Positions 12,201 through 25,169 of a stretch of 64,000 bases of DNA are shown in pieces (within the stretch, counting starts at the first letter, position 1; each line of letters opens with the position of its first letter). Both the position numbers and the translations under genes were made by a program. Location: positions 133,610,001-133,674,000 of the forward strand of contig OZ024743.1 in assembly GCA_964016885.1 (NCBI GenBank), written 5' to 3'. This DNA comes from Eledone cirrhosa (Eukaryota). The notes beneath the pieces were generated by a model that did not search any database, was not told the DNA's origin, and saw only the letters and a program-made list of their open reading frames with translations.

Positions 12201-15200
12201 TGGATGGTTGGTGTTTGGTGCTTGGTGCTTGGTGTTCGGTGCTTGGTGCTTGGGGTTTGCTGTTTGGTGCTTGGTGTTTGGTGCTTGGTGCTTGCTGTTT
12301 GGTGTTTGGTGTTTGGTGCTTGGTGCTTGGTGCTTGGTGTTTGGTGCTTGGTGCTTGGTGCTTGGTGTTTGGTGCTTGGTGCTTGGTGGCTGGTGCTTGG
12401 TGCTTGGTGTTTGTAGTTTGGTGCTTGGTGCTTGGTGCCTGGTGTTTCGTGCTTGGTGCTTGGTGCTTGGTGCTTGGTGCTTGGTGCTTGGTGTTTGGTG
12501 CTTGGTGTTTGATGCTGCGTGCTTGTTGTTTGGTGCTTGGTGCTTCGTGCTTGGTGTTTGGTGTTTGGTGCTTGGTGCTTGGTGTTTGGTGCTTGGTGTT
12601 TGGTGTTTGGTGTTTGATGCTTGGTGTTTGCTGCTTGGTGCTTGGTGCTTGGTGTTTTGTGTTTGGTGCTTGGTGCTTGGTGCCTGGTGCTTGGTGCTTG
12701 GTGCTTGTTGTTTGGTGCTTGGTGCTTGGTGATTAGTGTTTGGTGCTTGGTGCTTGCGGTTTGATGTTTGGTGCTTGGGGTTTGGTGTTTGTTGCTTGGT
12801 GCTTGGTGTTTGGTGCTTGGTGCTTCGTGCTTGGTGTTTGGTGCTTGGTGCTTGGTGTTTGGTGCTTGGTGCTTGGTGTTTGGTGCTTGGTGTTTGGTGC
12901 TTGGTGCTTGGTGCTTGGTGCTTGGTGCTTGGTGTTAGGTGTTTGGTGCTTGGTGCTTGGTGTTTGATGTTTGGTCCTTGGTGCTTGGTGTTTGGTTTTT
13001 GGTGCTTGGTGCTTGGTGTTTGGTGTTTGGTGCTTGCTGCTTGGTGTTTGGTGCTTGGTGTTTGGGGCTTGGTGTTCGGTGCTTGGCGCTTGGTGCTTGG
13101 GGCTTGGTGTTTGGTGTTTGGTGCTTGGTGCTTGGTGTTTGATGTTGGGTCCTTGGTGCTTGGTGTTTGGTGTTTGGTGCTTGGTGTTTGGTGTTTGGTG
13201 CTTGGTGCTTGGTGTTTGGTGTTTGGTGCTTGGTGCTTGGGGCTTGGTGTTTGGTGCTTGGTGCTTGGTGTTTGGTGCTTGGTGCTTGGGGCTTGGTATT
13301 TGGTGCTTGGTGCTTGGTGCCTGGTGTTTGGTGTTTGGTGCTTGGTGCTTAGTGTTTGGTGCTTGGTGCTTGGTGCTTGTTGTTTGGTGCTTGGTGCTTG
13401 GTGCTTGGTCTTTGGTGCATGGTGTTTGGTGTTTGGTGTTTGGTGCTTGGTGCTTGGTGTTTGATGTTGGGTCCTTGGTGCTTGGTGTTTGGTGTTTGGT
13501 GCTTGGTGTTTGGTGTTTGGTGCTTGGTGCTTGGTGTTTGGTGTTTGGTGCTTGGTGCTTGGGGCTTGGTGTTTGGTGCTTGGTGCTTGGTGTTTGGTGC
13601 TTGGTGTTTGGGGCTTGGTGTTTGGTGCTTGGTGCTTGGTGCTGGGTGGTTGGTGTTTGGTGCTTGGTGCTTAGTGTTTGGTGCTTGGTGCTTGGTGCTT
13701 GTTGTTTGGTGCTTGGTGCTTGGTGCTTGGTCTTTGGTGCATGGTGTTTGGTGTTTGGTGCTTGGTGCTTGGTGCTTGGTGCTTGGTGTTTGGTGCTTGG
13801 TGTTTGGTGCTTGGTGTTTGGTGCTTGGTGCTTGGTGATTAGTGTTTGGTGCTTGGTGCTTGCGGTTTGGTGTTCGGTGCTTGGGGTTTGGTGCTTGGTG
13901 CTTGGTGTTTGGTGCTTGGTGCTTGGTGTTTGGTGTTTGGTGCTGGGTGCATGGAGTTTGGTGCTTGGTGCTTAGTGCTTGGTGTTTGGTGTTTGCTGCT
14001 TGGTGTCTGGTGTTTGGTGCTTGGTGTTTGGTGTTTGGTGCTTGGTGCTTGGTGCTTGGTGTTTGGTGTTTGGTGCTTGGTCGTTTGCTGTTTGGTGTTT
14101 GCTGTTTGGTGTTTGGTGTTTGGTGCTTGCTGTTTGGTGCTTGGTGCTTGGTGTTTTGTGTTTGGTGCTTGGGGCTTGATGTTTGGTGTTTGGTGCTTGG
14201 TGTTTGGTGCTTGGTGCTTGGTGCTGGGTGTTTGGTGCTTGGTGTTTGGTGTTTGGTGCTTGGTGCTTGGTGATTGGTGTTTTGTGTTTGTTGTTTGCTG
14301 TTTGGTGTTTGGTGTTTGCTCTTTGCTGTTTGGTGTCTGCTTTTTCGTGTTTGGTGTTTGCTGTATGGTGTTTGCTGTTTCATGTTTGGTGTTTGGTGCT
14401 TGGTGCTTGGTGCTTGGTGTTTGGTGTTTGGTGCTTGGTGTTTGGTGCTTAGTGCTTGGTGTTTGGTGTTTGGTGCTTGGTGCCTGGTGCTTGTTGTTTG
14501 GTGCTTGGTGCTTGGTGCTTGGTGTTTTGTGTTTGTTGTTTGCTGTTTGATGTTTGGTGTTTGCTCTTTGCTGTTTGGTGTCTGCTTTTTCGTGTTTGCT
14601 GTTTGCTGTTTGGTGTTTCCTATTTGCTGTTTGGTGTTTGGTGCTTGGTGCTTGGTGCTTGGTGTTTGGTGTTTGGTGCTTGGTGTTTGGTGCTTAGTGC
14701 TTGGTGTTTGGTGTTTGGTGCTTGGTGCCTGGTGCTTGTTGTTTGGTGTTTGGTGCTTGGTGCTTGATGTTTGGTGTTTGGTGCTTGGTGTCTGGTGTTT
14801 GGTGCTTGGTGTTTGGTGTTTGGTGCTTGGTGCTTGGTGTTTGGTGTTTGGTGCTTGGTGCTTGGTGTTTGGTGTTTTGTGCTTGGTGTTTGGTGCTTGG
14901 TGCTTGGTGTTTGTACTTGGTGCTTGGTGCTTGGTGTTTGGTGCTTGGTGCTTGGTGTTTGGTGCTTGGTTCTTGGTGTTTGGTGCTTGGTGCTTGGTGT
15001 TTGGTGCTTGGTGCTTGGTGTTTGGTGTTTGGTGCTTGGTGTTTGGTGCTTGGTGCTTGGTGCTTGGTGGTTGGTGTTAGGTGTTTGGTGCTTGGTGCTT
15101 GGTGTTTTGTGCTTGGTGCTTGGTGTTTGGTGCTTGGTGTTTGGTGCTTGGTGTTTGGTGTTTGGTGTTTGGTGCTTGGTGCTTGGTGTTTGGTGCTTGG

Positions 15201-17151
15201 TGCTTGGTGCTTGTTGTTTGGTGATTGGTGCTTGGTGCTTGGTGTTTGGTGTTTGGTGCTTGGTGCTTGGTGTTTGGTGCTGCATGCTTGGTGCTTGGTG
15301 CTTGGTGCTTGGTGTTTTGTGTATGGTGTTTGATGCTTGGTGTTTGGTGTTTGGTGTTTGGTGCTTGGGGCTTGGTGTTTGGTGCTGCATGCTTGGTGCT
15401 TGGTGCTTGGTGCTTGGTGTTTTGTGTATGGTGTTTGATTCTTGGTGTTTGGTGTTTGGTGCTTGGTGCTTGGTGTTTGGTGTTTGATGCTTGGTGTTTG
15501 GTGTTTGGTGCTTGGTGCTTGGTGTCTGGTGCTTGGTGCTTGGTGTTTGTACTTGGTGCTTGGTGCTTGGTGTTTGGTGCTTGGTGTTTGTTGCTTGGTG
15601 CTTGGTGTTTGGTGCTTGGTGCTTGGTGTTTGGTGCTTGGTGCTTGGTGTTTGGTGCTTGGTGTTTGGTGCTTGGTGCTTGGTGCTTGTTGTTAGGTGTT
15701 TGGTGCTTCATGCTTGGTGCTTGGTGTTTTGTGCTTTGTTCTTGGTGTTTGGTGCTTGGTGCCTGGTGCATGGTGTTTGTTGCTTGGTGCTTGGTGTTTG
15801 GTGTTTGGTGCTTGGTGTTTGGTGCTTGGTGCTTGATGCTTGGTGTTAGGTGTTAGGTGTTTGGTGCTTGGTGCTTGGTGCTTGGTGCTTGGTGCTAGGT
15901 GTTTGGTGCTTGCTACTTGCTTCTTGCTGCTTGGTGTTTGGTGCTTGGTGATTGGTGCTTGGTGTTTGGTGCTTGGTGCTTGGTGCTTGGTGTTTGGTGC
16001 ATGGTGCTTGGTGCTTGGTGTTTGTCGCTTGGTGCTTGGTGCTTGGTGTTTGGTGCTTGGTGTTTGGTGTTTGGTGCTTGGTGCTGGGTGTTTGGTGTTT
16101 GCTGTTTGCTGTTTGGTGTTTGGTGTTTGCTGTTTGCTGTTTGGTGTCTGATTTTTCGTGTTTGGTGTTTGCTGTATGGTGTTTGCTGTTTCATGTTTGG
16201 AGTTTGCTGTTTGCTGTTTGGTGTTTCCTGTTTGCTGTTTGGCGTTTGGTGCTTGGTTCTTGGTGCTTGGTGCTTGGTGTTTGGTGCTTAGTGCTTGGTG
16301 TTTGGTGCTTGGTGCCTGGTGATTGTTGTTTGGTGTTTGGTGCTTGGTGCTTGATGTTTGGTGTTTGGTGCTTGGTGTCTGGTGTTTGGTGCTTGGTGTT
16401 TGGTGTTTGGTGCTTGGTGCTTTGTGCTTGGTGTTTGGTGTTTGGTGCTTGGTGTTTGGTGTTTGGTGCTTTGTGCTTGGTGTTTGGTGCTTGGTGCTTG
16501 GTGCTTGGTGTTTGGTGTTTGGTGCTTGGTGCTTGGTGTTTGGTGTTTGGTGCTTGGTGTTTGATGCTTGGTGCTTGGTGCTTGGTGTTTGGTGCTTGGT
16601 GCTTGGTGTTTGTACTTGGTGCTTGGTGCTTGGTGTTTGGTGCTTGGTTCTTGGTGTTTGGTGCTTGGTGTTTGGTGCTTGGTGCTTGGTGTTTGGTGCT
16701 TGGTGCTTGGTGCTTGGTGTTTGGTGTTTGGTGCTTGGTGCTTGGTGTTTGGTGTTTGGTGCTTGGTGTTTGATGCTTGGTGCTTGGTGCTTGGTGTTTG
16801 GTGCTTGGTGCTTGGTGTTTTGTGCTTCGTGCTTGTTGCTTGGTGTTTGGTGCATGGTGCTTGGTGTTTGGTGCTTGGTGCCTGGTGCTTGGTGTTTGGT
16901 GCTTGGTGCTTGGTGTTTGGTGTTTGGTGCTTGGTGCTTGGTGCTTGGTGTTAGGTGTTTGGTGTTTGGTGTTTGGTGCTTGGTGATTGATGCTTGGTGT
17001 TTGGTGCTTGGTGCTTGGTGTTTGGTTTTTGGTGCTAGGTGCTTGGTGCTTGGTGTTTGGTGTTTGGTGCTTGGTGTTTGGTGCTTGGTGCTTGGTGCTG
17101 GATGGTTGGTGTTTGGTGCTTGGTGCTTGGTGTTCGGTGCTTGGTGCTTGG
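6254..17151 (+). repeat. Tandem duplication of a 5989-bp unit (~6254-12243 and ~12243-17151); the second copy lacks 1091 bp
   Basis: ORFs 6747..7475, 7360..8394, 8631..9782 and 9502..9867 recur identically at +5989. ORFs 11460..11666, 11670..12056 and 11879..12088 recur at +4898. The 8-bp unit GGTCGTTT occurs at 8090 and 14079. Confidence 0.93.
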
Positions 17152-20100
17152 TGCTTGGTGTTTGGTGCTTGGTGCTTGGTGTTTGGTCTTTGATGTTTGG
17201 TATTTAGTGCTTGGTGCTTGGTGCTTGGTGTTTGGTGCTTGGTGCTTGGTGCATTGTGATTAGTGTTTGGTGCTTGGTGTTTGGTGTTTGGTGTTTGGTG
17301 CTTGGTGTTTGGTGCTTGGTGCTTGGTGTTTGGTGTTTGGTGCTTGCTGCTTGGTGTTTGGTGTTTGGTGCTTGGTGCCTGGTGCTTGTTGTTTGGTGAT
17401 TGGTGCTTGGTGTTTGCTGTTTGGTGCTGCGTGCTTGGTGCTTGGTGCTTGGTGCTTGGTGCTTGGTGTTTTGTGTTTGGTGTTTGATGCTTGGTGTTTG
17501 TTGTTTGGTGCTTGGTGCTTGGTGTTTGGTGTTTGATGCTTGGTGCTTGATGCTTGGTGCTTGGTGCTTGGTGTTTGGTGCTTGGTGCTTGATGTTTGTA
17601 CTTGGTGCTTGGTGCTTGGTGTTTGGTGCTTGGTGTTTGGTGCTTGGTGCTTGGTGTTTGGTGCTTGGTGCTTGGTGTTTGGTGTTTGGTGCTTGGTGTT
17701 TGGTGCTTGGTGTTTGGTATTAGGTGTTTGGTGCTTCATGCTTGGTGCTTGGTGTTTGGTGCCATGGTGCTTGGTGTTTGGTGCTTGGTGACTGGTGCAT
17801 GGTGTTTGTTGCTTGGTGCTTGGTGTTTGGTGTTTGGTGCTTGGTGTTTGGTGCTTGGTGCTTGGTGCTTGGTGTTAGGTGTTAGGTGTTTGGTGCTTGG
17901 TGCTTGGTGTTTGGTGCTTGGTGTTTGGTGTTTGGTGCTTGCTGCTTGCTGCTTGGTGTTTGGTGCTTGGTGATTGGTGCTTGGTGTTTGGTGCTTGGTG
18001 CTTGGTGTTTGGTGCTTGGTGCTTGATGCTTGGAGTTTGGTGCTTGGTGTTTGGTGCTTGGTACTTGGGGCTTGGTGTTTGGTGCTTCGTGCTTCGTGCT
18101 TGGTGTTTGGTGCTTGGTGCTTGGTGTTTGGTGTTTGGTGCTTGGTGTTTGGTGCTTGGTGCTTGGTGCTGGGTGCTTGGCGTTTGGTGCTTGGTGCTTG
18201 GTGTTTGGTGCTTGGTGCTTGGTGCTTGGTGTTTGGTGCTTGGTACCTGGTGCTTGGTCTTTGGTGCTTGGTGTTTGGTGTTTGGTGCTTGGTGTTTGGT
18301 GCTTGGTGCTTGGTGATTAGTGTTTGGTGCTTGGTGCTTGGGGTTTGGTGTTTGGTGCTTGGTGCTTGGGGTTTGGTCCTTGGTGCTTGGTGTTTGGTGC
18401 TTGGTGTTTGGTGTTTGCTGTTTGGTGTTTGGTGTTTGGTGTTTGGTGTTTGCTGTTTGCTGTTTGGTGTCTGCTTTTTGGTGTTTGGTGTTTGCTGTAT
18501 GGTGTTTGCTGTTTCGTGTTTATTGTTTGCTGTTTGGTGTTTGGTGTTTGGTGTTTGGTGTTTCCTGTTTGGTTTTAGTCTTTGGTGCTTGGTGTTTTGT
18601 GCTTGGTGCTTGGTATTTGGTGTTTGGTGCTTGGTGCTTGGTGTTTGGTGCTTGGTGCTTGGTGCTTGTTGTTTGGTGTTTGGTGTTTGGTGTTTGGTGT
18701 TTGGTGCTTGGTGTTTGGTGCTTGGTGCTTGGTGTTTCGTGCTGCGTGCTTGGTGTTTGGTCCTTGGTGCTTGGTGCTTGCTGTTTGGTGCTTGGTGCTT
18801 GGTGTTTGGTGCTTGGTGCTTGGTGCTTGGTGTTTGGTGCTTAGTGCTTGGTGTTTGGTGCTTGGTGCTTCGTGTTTGGTGTTTGCTGTTTGCTGTTTGG
18901 TGTTTGCTGTTTGGTGTTTGGTGTTTGGTGCTTGCTGTTTGGTGCTTGGTGTTTGGTGCTTGGTGCTTGGTGTTTTGTGTTTGGTGCTTGGTGCTTGGGG
19001 CTTGGTGTTCGGTGCTTGGTGCTTGGTTCTTGGTGCTTGGTGTTTGGTGTTTGGTGCTTGGTGTTTGGTGTCTGGTGCTTGGTGCTTGGTGCTTGGTGTT
19101 TGGTGTTTGCTGTTTGCTGTTTGGTGTTTGCTGTTTGCTGTTTGCTGTTTGCTGTTTGGTGTCTGCTTTTTGGTGCTTGGTGTTTGCTGTATGGTGTTTG
19201 CTGTTTCATGTTTGGAGTTTGCTGTTTGCTGTTTGGTGTTTCCTGTTTGCTGTTTGGTGTTTGGTGCTTGTTGCTTGGTGCTTGGTGTTTGGTGTTTGGT
19301 GCTTGGTGTTTGGTGCTTAGTGCTTGGTGTTTGGTGTTTGGTGCTTGGTGCCTGGTGCTTGTTGTTTTGTGTTTGGTGCTTGGTGCTTGATGTTTGGTGT
19401 TTGGTGCTTGGTGTCTGGTGTTTGGTTATTGGTGTTTGGTGTTTGGTGCTTGGTGCTTGGTGTTTGGTGTTTGGTGCTTGGTGCTTGGTGTTTGGTGTTT
19501 GGTGCTTGGTGTTTGGTGTTTGTTGTTTGGTGTTTGATGCTTGGAGTTTGATGCTTGGTGCTTGGTGTTTGGTGCTTGGTGCTTGGTGTTTGTACTTGGT
19601 GCTTGGTGCTTGGTGTTTGGTGCTTGGTTCTTGGTGTTTGGTGCTTGGTGTTTGGTGCTTGGTGCTTGGTGTTTGGTGTTTGGTGCTTGGTGTTTGGTGC
19701 TTGGTGCTTGGTGGTTGGTGTTTGGTGCTTGGTGCCTGGTGCATGGTGTTTGGTGCTTGATGCTTGGTGTTTGGTGTTTGGTGCTTGGTGTTTGGTGATT
19801 GGTGCTTGGTGCTTGGTGCTTGGTGCTTGGTGTTTGGTGTTTGGTGCTTGCTGCTTGCTGCTTGGTGTTTGGTGCCTGGTGATTGGTGCTTGGTGTTTGG
19901 TGCTTGGTGCTTGGTGTTTGGTGTTTGGTGCTAGGTGCTTGGTGCTTGGTGCTTGGTGTTTGGTGCTTGGTGTTTGGTGCTTGGTACTTGGGGCTTGGTG
20001 TTTGGTGCTTGGTGCTTGGTGTTTGGTGCTTGTTGTTTGGTGTTTGATGCTTGGTGTTTGATGCTTGGTGCTTGGTGCTTGGTGTTTGGTGCTTGGTGCT

Positions 20101-22174
20101 TGGTGTTTGTACTTGGTGCTTGATGCTTGGTGTTTGGTGCTTGGTGCTTGGTGTTTGGTGCTTGGTTCTTGGTGTTTGGTGTTTGGTGCTTGGTGTTTGG
20201 TGCTTGGTGCTTGGTGCTTGGTGGTTGGTGTTAGGTGTTTGGTGCTTGGTGCTTGGTGTTTTGTGCTTCGTGCTTGGTGCTTGGTGTTTGGTGCTTGGTG
20301 CTTGGTGTTTGGTGCTTGGTGTTTGGTGCTTGGTGTTTGGTGTTTGGTGTTTGGTGCTTCGTGCTTGGTGTTTGGTGCTTGGTGCTTGGTGCTTGTTGTT
20401 TGGTGATTCGTGCTTGGTGCTTGGTGTTTGGTGCTTGGTGCTTGGGGCTTGGTGTTTGGTGCTGCATGCTTGGTGCTTGGTGCTTGGTGCTTGGTGTTTT
20501 GTGTTTGGTGTTTGATGCTTGGTGTTTGGTGTTTGGTGCTTGGTGCTTGGTGTTTGGTGTTTGATGCTTGGTGTTTGGTGTTTGGTGCTTGGTGCTTGGT
20601 GTTTGGTGCTTGGTGCTTGGTGTTTGTACTTGGTGCTTGGTGCTTGGTGTTTGGTGCTTGGTGTTTGTTGCTTGGTGCTTGGTGTTTGGTGCTTGGTGCT
20701 TGGTGTTTGGTGCTTGGTGCTTGGGGTTTGGTGCTTGGTGTTTGGTGCTTGGTGCTTGGTGTTTGTTGTTAGGTGTTTGGTGCTTCATGCTTGGTGCCTG
20801 GTGCATGGTGTTTGTTGCTTGGTGCTTGGTGTTTGGTGTTTGGTGCTTGGTGTTTGGTGCTTGGTGCTTGATGCTTGATGTTAGGTGTTAGGTGTTTGGT
20901 GCTTGGTGCTTGGTGCTTGGTGCTTGGTGCTTGGTGTTTGGTGCTTGCTGCTTGCTTCTTGCTGCTTGGTGTTTGGTGCTTGGTGATTGATGCTTGGTGT
21001 TTGGTGCTTGGTGCTTGGTGCTTGGTGTTTGGTGGTTGGTGCTTGGTGCTTGGTGTTTGGTGCTAGGTGCTTGGTGCTTGGTGTTTAGGGCTTGGTGTTT
21101 GGTGCTTGGTGCTTCGTGCTTGGTGTTTGGTGCTTGGTGCTTGGTGTTTGGTGTTTGGTGCTTGGTGTTTGGTGCTTGGTGCTTGGTGCTGGGTGGTTGG
21201 CGTTCGGTGCTTGGTGCTTGGTGTTTGGTGCTTGGTGCTTGGTGCTTGGTGTTTGGTGCTTGGTGCTTGGTGCTTGGTCTTTGGTGCTTGGTGTTTGGTG
21301 TTTGGTGCTTGTTGCTTGGTGTTTGGTGCTTGGTGCTTGGTGATTAGTGTTTGGTGCTTGGTGCTTGGGGTTTGGTGTTTGGTTCTTGGTGCTTGGTGTT
21401 TGGTGCTTGGTGCTTGGTGTTTGGTGCTTGGTGTTTGGTGTTTGCTGTTTGGTGTTTGGTGTTTGGTATTTGGTGTTTGCTGTTTGCTGTTTGGTGTCTG
21501 CTTTTTGGTGTTTGGTGTTTGCTCTATGGTGTTTGCTGTTTGGTCTTTGGTGTTTGGTGTTTGGTGTTTCCTATTTGGTCTTTAGTCTTTCGTGCTTGGT
21601 GTTTGGTGCTTGGTGCTTGGTATTTGGTGTTTGGTGCTTGGTGCTTGGTGTTTGGTGCTTGGTGCTTGGTGCTTGTTGTTGGGTGTATGGTGTTTGGTGT
21701 TTGGTGATTGGTGCTTGGTGTTTGGTGCTTGGTGCTTGGTGTTTCGTGCTGCGTGCTTGGTGTTTGGTGCTTGGTACTTGGTGCTTGGTGTTTGGTGTTT
21801 GGTGTTTGATGTTTGGTGCTTGGTGCTTGGTGTTTGGTGCTTGGTGATTGATGCTTGGTGTTTGGTGCTTGGTGCTAGGTGTTTGGTTTTTGGTGCTAGG
21901 TGCTTGGTGCTTGGTGTTTGGTGCTTGGTGTTTGGTGTTTGGTGCTTGGTGCTTGGTGCTTGGTGTTTGGTGCTTGGTTCTTGGTGCTTGGTGTTTGGTG
22001 TTTGGTGTTTGGTGCTTGGTGTTTGGTGCTTGGTGCTTGGTGCTGGGAGTTTGGTGCTTGGTGCTTGGTGTTTGCTGCATGGTGCTTGGTGCTTGGTGTT
22101 TGTCGCTTGGTGCTTGGTGCTTGGTGTTTGGTGCTTGGTGTTTGGTGTTTGGTGCTTGGTGCTTGGTGTGTGGT

Positions 22175-25044
22175 GTTTGCTGTTTGCTGTTTGGTGTTTC
22201 CTCTTTGCTGTTTGGTGTTTGGTGCTTGGTGCTTGGTGCTTGGTGTTTGGTGTTTGGTGCTTGGTGTTTGGTGCTTAGTGCTTGGTGTTTGGTGTTTGGT
22301 GCTTGGTGCCTGGTGCTTGTTGTTTGGTGTTTGGTGCTTGGTGCTTGATGTTTGGTGTTTGGTGCTTGGTGTCTGGTGTTTGGTGCTTGGTGTTTGGTGT
22401 TTGGTGCTTGGTGCTTGGTGTTTGGTGTTTGGTGCTTGGTGCTTGGTGTTTGGTGTTTTGTGCTTGGTGTTTGGTGCTTGGTGCTTGGTGTTTGGTGTTT
22501 GGTGCTTGGTGCTTGGTGTTTGGTGTTTGATGCTTGGTGTTTGATGCTTGGTGCTTGGTGCTTGGTGTTTGGTGCTTGGTGCTTGGTGTTTGTACTTGGT
22601 GCTTGGTGCTTGGTGTTTGGTGCTTGGTGCTTGGTGTTTGGTGCTTGGTTCTTGGTGTTTGGTGCTTGGTGCTTGGTGTTTGGTGCTTGGTGCTTGGTGT
22701 TTGGTGTTTGGTGCTTGGTGTTTGGTGCTTGGTGCTTGGTGCTTGGTGGTTGGTGTTAGGTGTTTGGTGCTTGGTGCTTGGTGTTTTGTGCTTCGTGCTT
22801 GGTGCTTGGTGTTTGGTGCTTGGTGCTTGGTGTTTGGTGCTTGGTGTTTGGTGCTTGGTGTTTGGTGTTTGGTGTTTGGTGCTTGGTGCTTGGTGTTTGG
22901 TGCTTGGTGCTTGGTGCTTGTTGTTTGGTGATTGGTGCTTGGTGCTTGGTGTTTGGTGTTTGGTGCTTGGGGCTTGGTGTTTGGTACTGCATGCTTGGTG
23001 CTTGGTGTTTGTTGTTTGGTGCTTGGTGTTTGGTGCTTGGTGCTTGGTGGTTGGTGTTTGGTGCTTGGTGCCTGGTGCATGGTGTTTGGTGCTTGATGCT
23101 TGGTGTTTGGTGTTTGGTGCTTGGTGTTTGGTGATTGGTGCTTGGTGCTTGGTGCTTGGTGAATGGTGTTTGGTGTTTGGTGCTTGCTGCTTGCTGCTTG
23201 GTGTTTGGTGCCTGGTGATTGGTGCTTGGTGTTTGGTGCTTGTTGCTTGGTGTTTGGTGTTTGGTGCTAGGTGCTTGGTGCTTGGTGCTTGGTGTTTGGT
23301 GCTTGGTGTTTGGTGCTTGGTACTCGGGGCTTGGTGTTTGGTGCTTGGTGCTTGGTGTTTGGTGTTTGGTGCTTGGTGTTTGGTGCTTGGTGCTTGGAGC
23401 TGGGTTGTTGGCGTTTGGTGCTTGGTGCTTGGTGTTTGGCGCTTGGTGCTTGGTGCTTGGTGTTTGGTGCTTGGTCTTTGGTGCTTGGTGTTTGGTGTTT
23501 GGTGCTTGGTGCTTGGTGTTTGGTGCTTGGTGCTTGGTGATTAGTGTTTGGTGCTTGGTGCTTGTGGTTTGGTGTTTGGTGCTTGGTGTTTGGTGCTTGG
23601 TGCTTGGTGTTTGGTGCTTGGTGTTTGGTTTTTGCTGTTTCATGTTTGGTGTTTGGTGCTTGGTGCTTGGTGCTTGGTGTTTGGTGTTTGGTGCTTGGTG
23701 TTTGGTGCTTAGTGCTTGGTGTTTGGTGTTTGGTGCTTGGTGCCTGGTGCTTGTTGTTTGGTGCTTGGTGCTTGGTGCTTGGTGTTTTGTGTTTGTTGTT
23801 TGCTGTTTGATGTTTGGTGTTTGCTCTTTGCTGTTTGGTGTCTGCTTTTTCGTGTTTGCTGTTTGCTGTTTGGTGTTTCCTCTTTGCTGTTTGGTGTTTG
23901 GTGCTTGGTGCTTGGTGCTTGGTGTTTGGTGTTTGGTGCTTGGTGTTTGGTGCTTAGTGCTTGGTGTCTGGTGTTTGGTGCTCGGTGCCTGGTGCTTGTT
24001 GTTTGGTGTTTGGTGCTTGGTGCTTGATGTTTGGTGTTTGGTGCTTGGTGTCTGGTGTTTGGTGCTTGGTGTTTGGTGTTTGGTGCTTGGTGCTTGGTGT
24101 TTGGTGTTTGGTGCTTGGTGCTTGGTGTTTGGTGTTTTGTGCTTGGTGTTTGGTGCTTGGTGCTTGGTGTTTGGTGTTTGGTGCTTGGTGCTTGGTGTTT
24201 GGTGTTTGATGCTTGGTGTTTGATGCTTGGTGCTTGGTGCTTGGTGTTTGGTGCTTGGTGCTTGGTGTTTGTACTTGGTGCTTGGTGCTTGGTGTTTGGT
24301 GCTTGGTACTTGGTGTTTGGTGCTTGGTTCTTGGTGTTTGGTGCTTGGTGCTTGGTGTTTGGTGCTTGGTGCTTGGTGTTTGGTGTTTGGTGCTTGGTGT
24401 TTGGTGCTTGGTGCTTGGTGCTTGGTGGTTGGTGTTAGGTGTTTGGTGCTTGGTGCTTGGTGTTTTGTGCTTCGTGCTTGGTGCTTGGTGTTTGGTGCTT
24501 GGTGCTTGGTGTTTGGTGCTTGGTGTTTGGTGCTTGGTGTTTGGTGTTTGGTGTTTGGTGCTTGGTGCTTGGTGTTTGGTGCTTGGTGCTTGGTGCTTGT
24601 TGTTTGGTGATTGGTGCTTGGTGCTTGGTGTTTGGTGTTTGGTGCTTGGGGCTTGGTGTTTGGTACTGCATGCTTGGTGCTTGGTGTTTGGTGTTTGGTG
24701 CTTGGTGGTTGGTGCTTGGTGCTTGGTGGTTGGTGTTTGGTGCTTGGTGCCTGGTGCATGGTGTTTGGTGCTTGATGCTTGGTGTTTGGTGTTTGGTGCT
24801 TGGTGTTTGGTGATTGGTGCTTGGTGCTTGGTGCTTGGTGCTTGGTGTTTGGTGTTTGGTGCTTGCTGCTTGCTGCTTGGTGTTTGGTGCCTGGTGATTG
24901 GTGCTTGGTGTTTGGTGCTTGTTGCTTGGTGTTTGGTGTTTGGTGCTAGGTGCTTGGTGCTTGGTGCTTGGTGTTTGGTGCTTGGTGTTTGGTGCTTGGT
25001 ACTCGGGGCTTGGTGTTTGGTGCTTGGTGCTTGGTGTTTGGTGC
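22175..25044 (+). repeat. Direct repeat of about 1.2 kb, offset 1679 (~22175-23365 and ~23854-25044)
   Basis: ORFs 22352..22759, 22548..22931 and 22760..23134 recur near-identically at +1679. Shared markers are TTTCCTCTTT, GGTACTGCATG and GGTACTCGGGG. 1679 = 240x7-1 (one GTACTT unit). Confidence 0.9.
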
Positions 25045-25169
25045 TTGTTGTTTGGTGCTTGGTGCTTGGTGTTTGGTGTTTGGTGCTTGGTGTTTGGTGC
25101 TTGGTGCTTGGTGCTGGGTTGTTGGCGTTTGGTGCTTGGTGCTTGGTGTTTGGTGCTTGGTGCTTGGTG

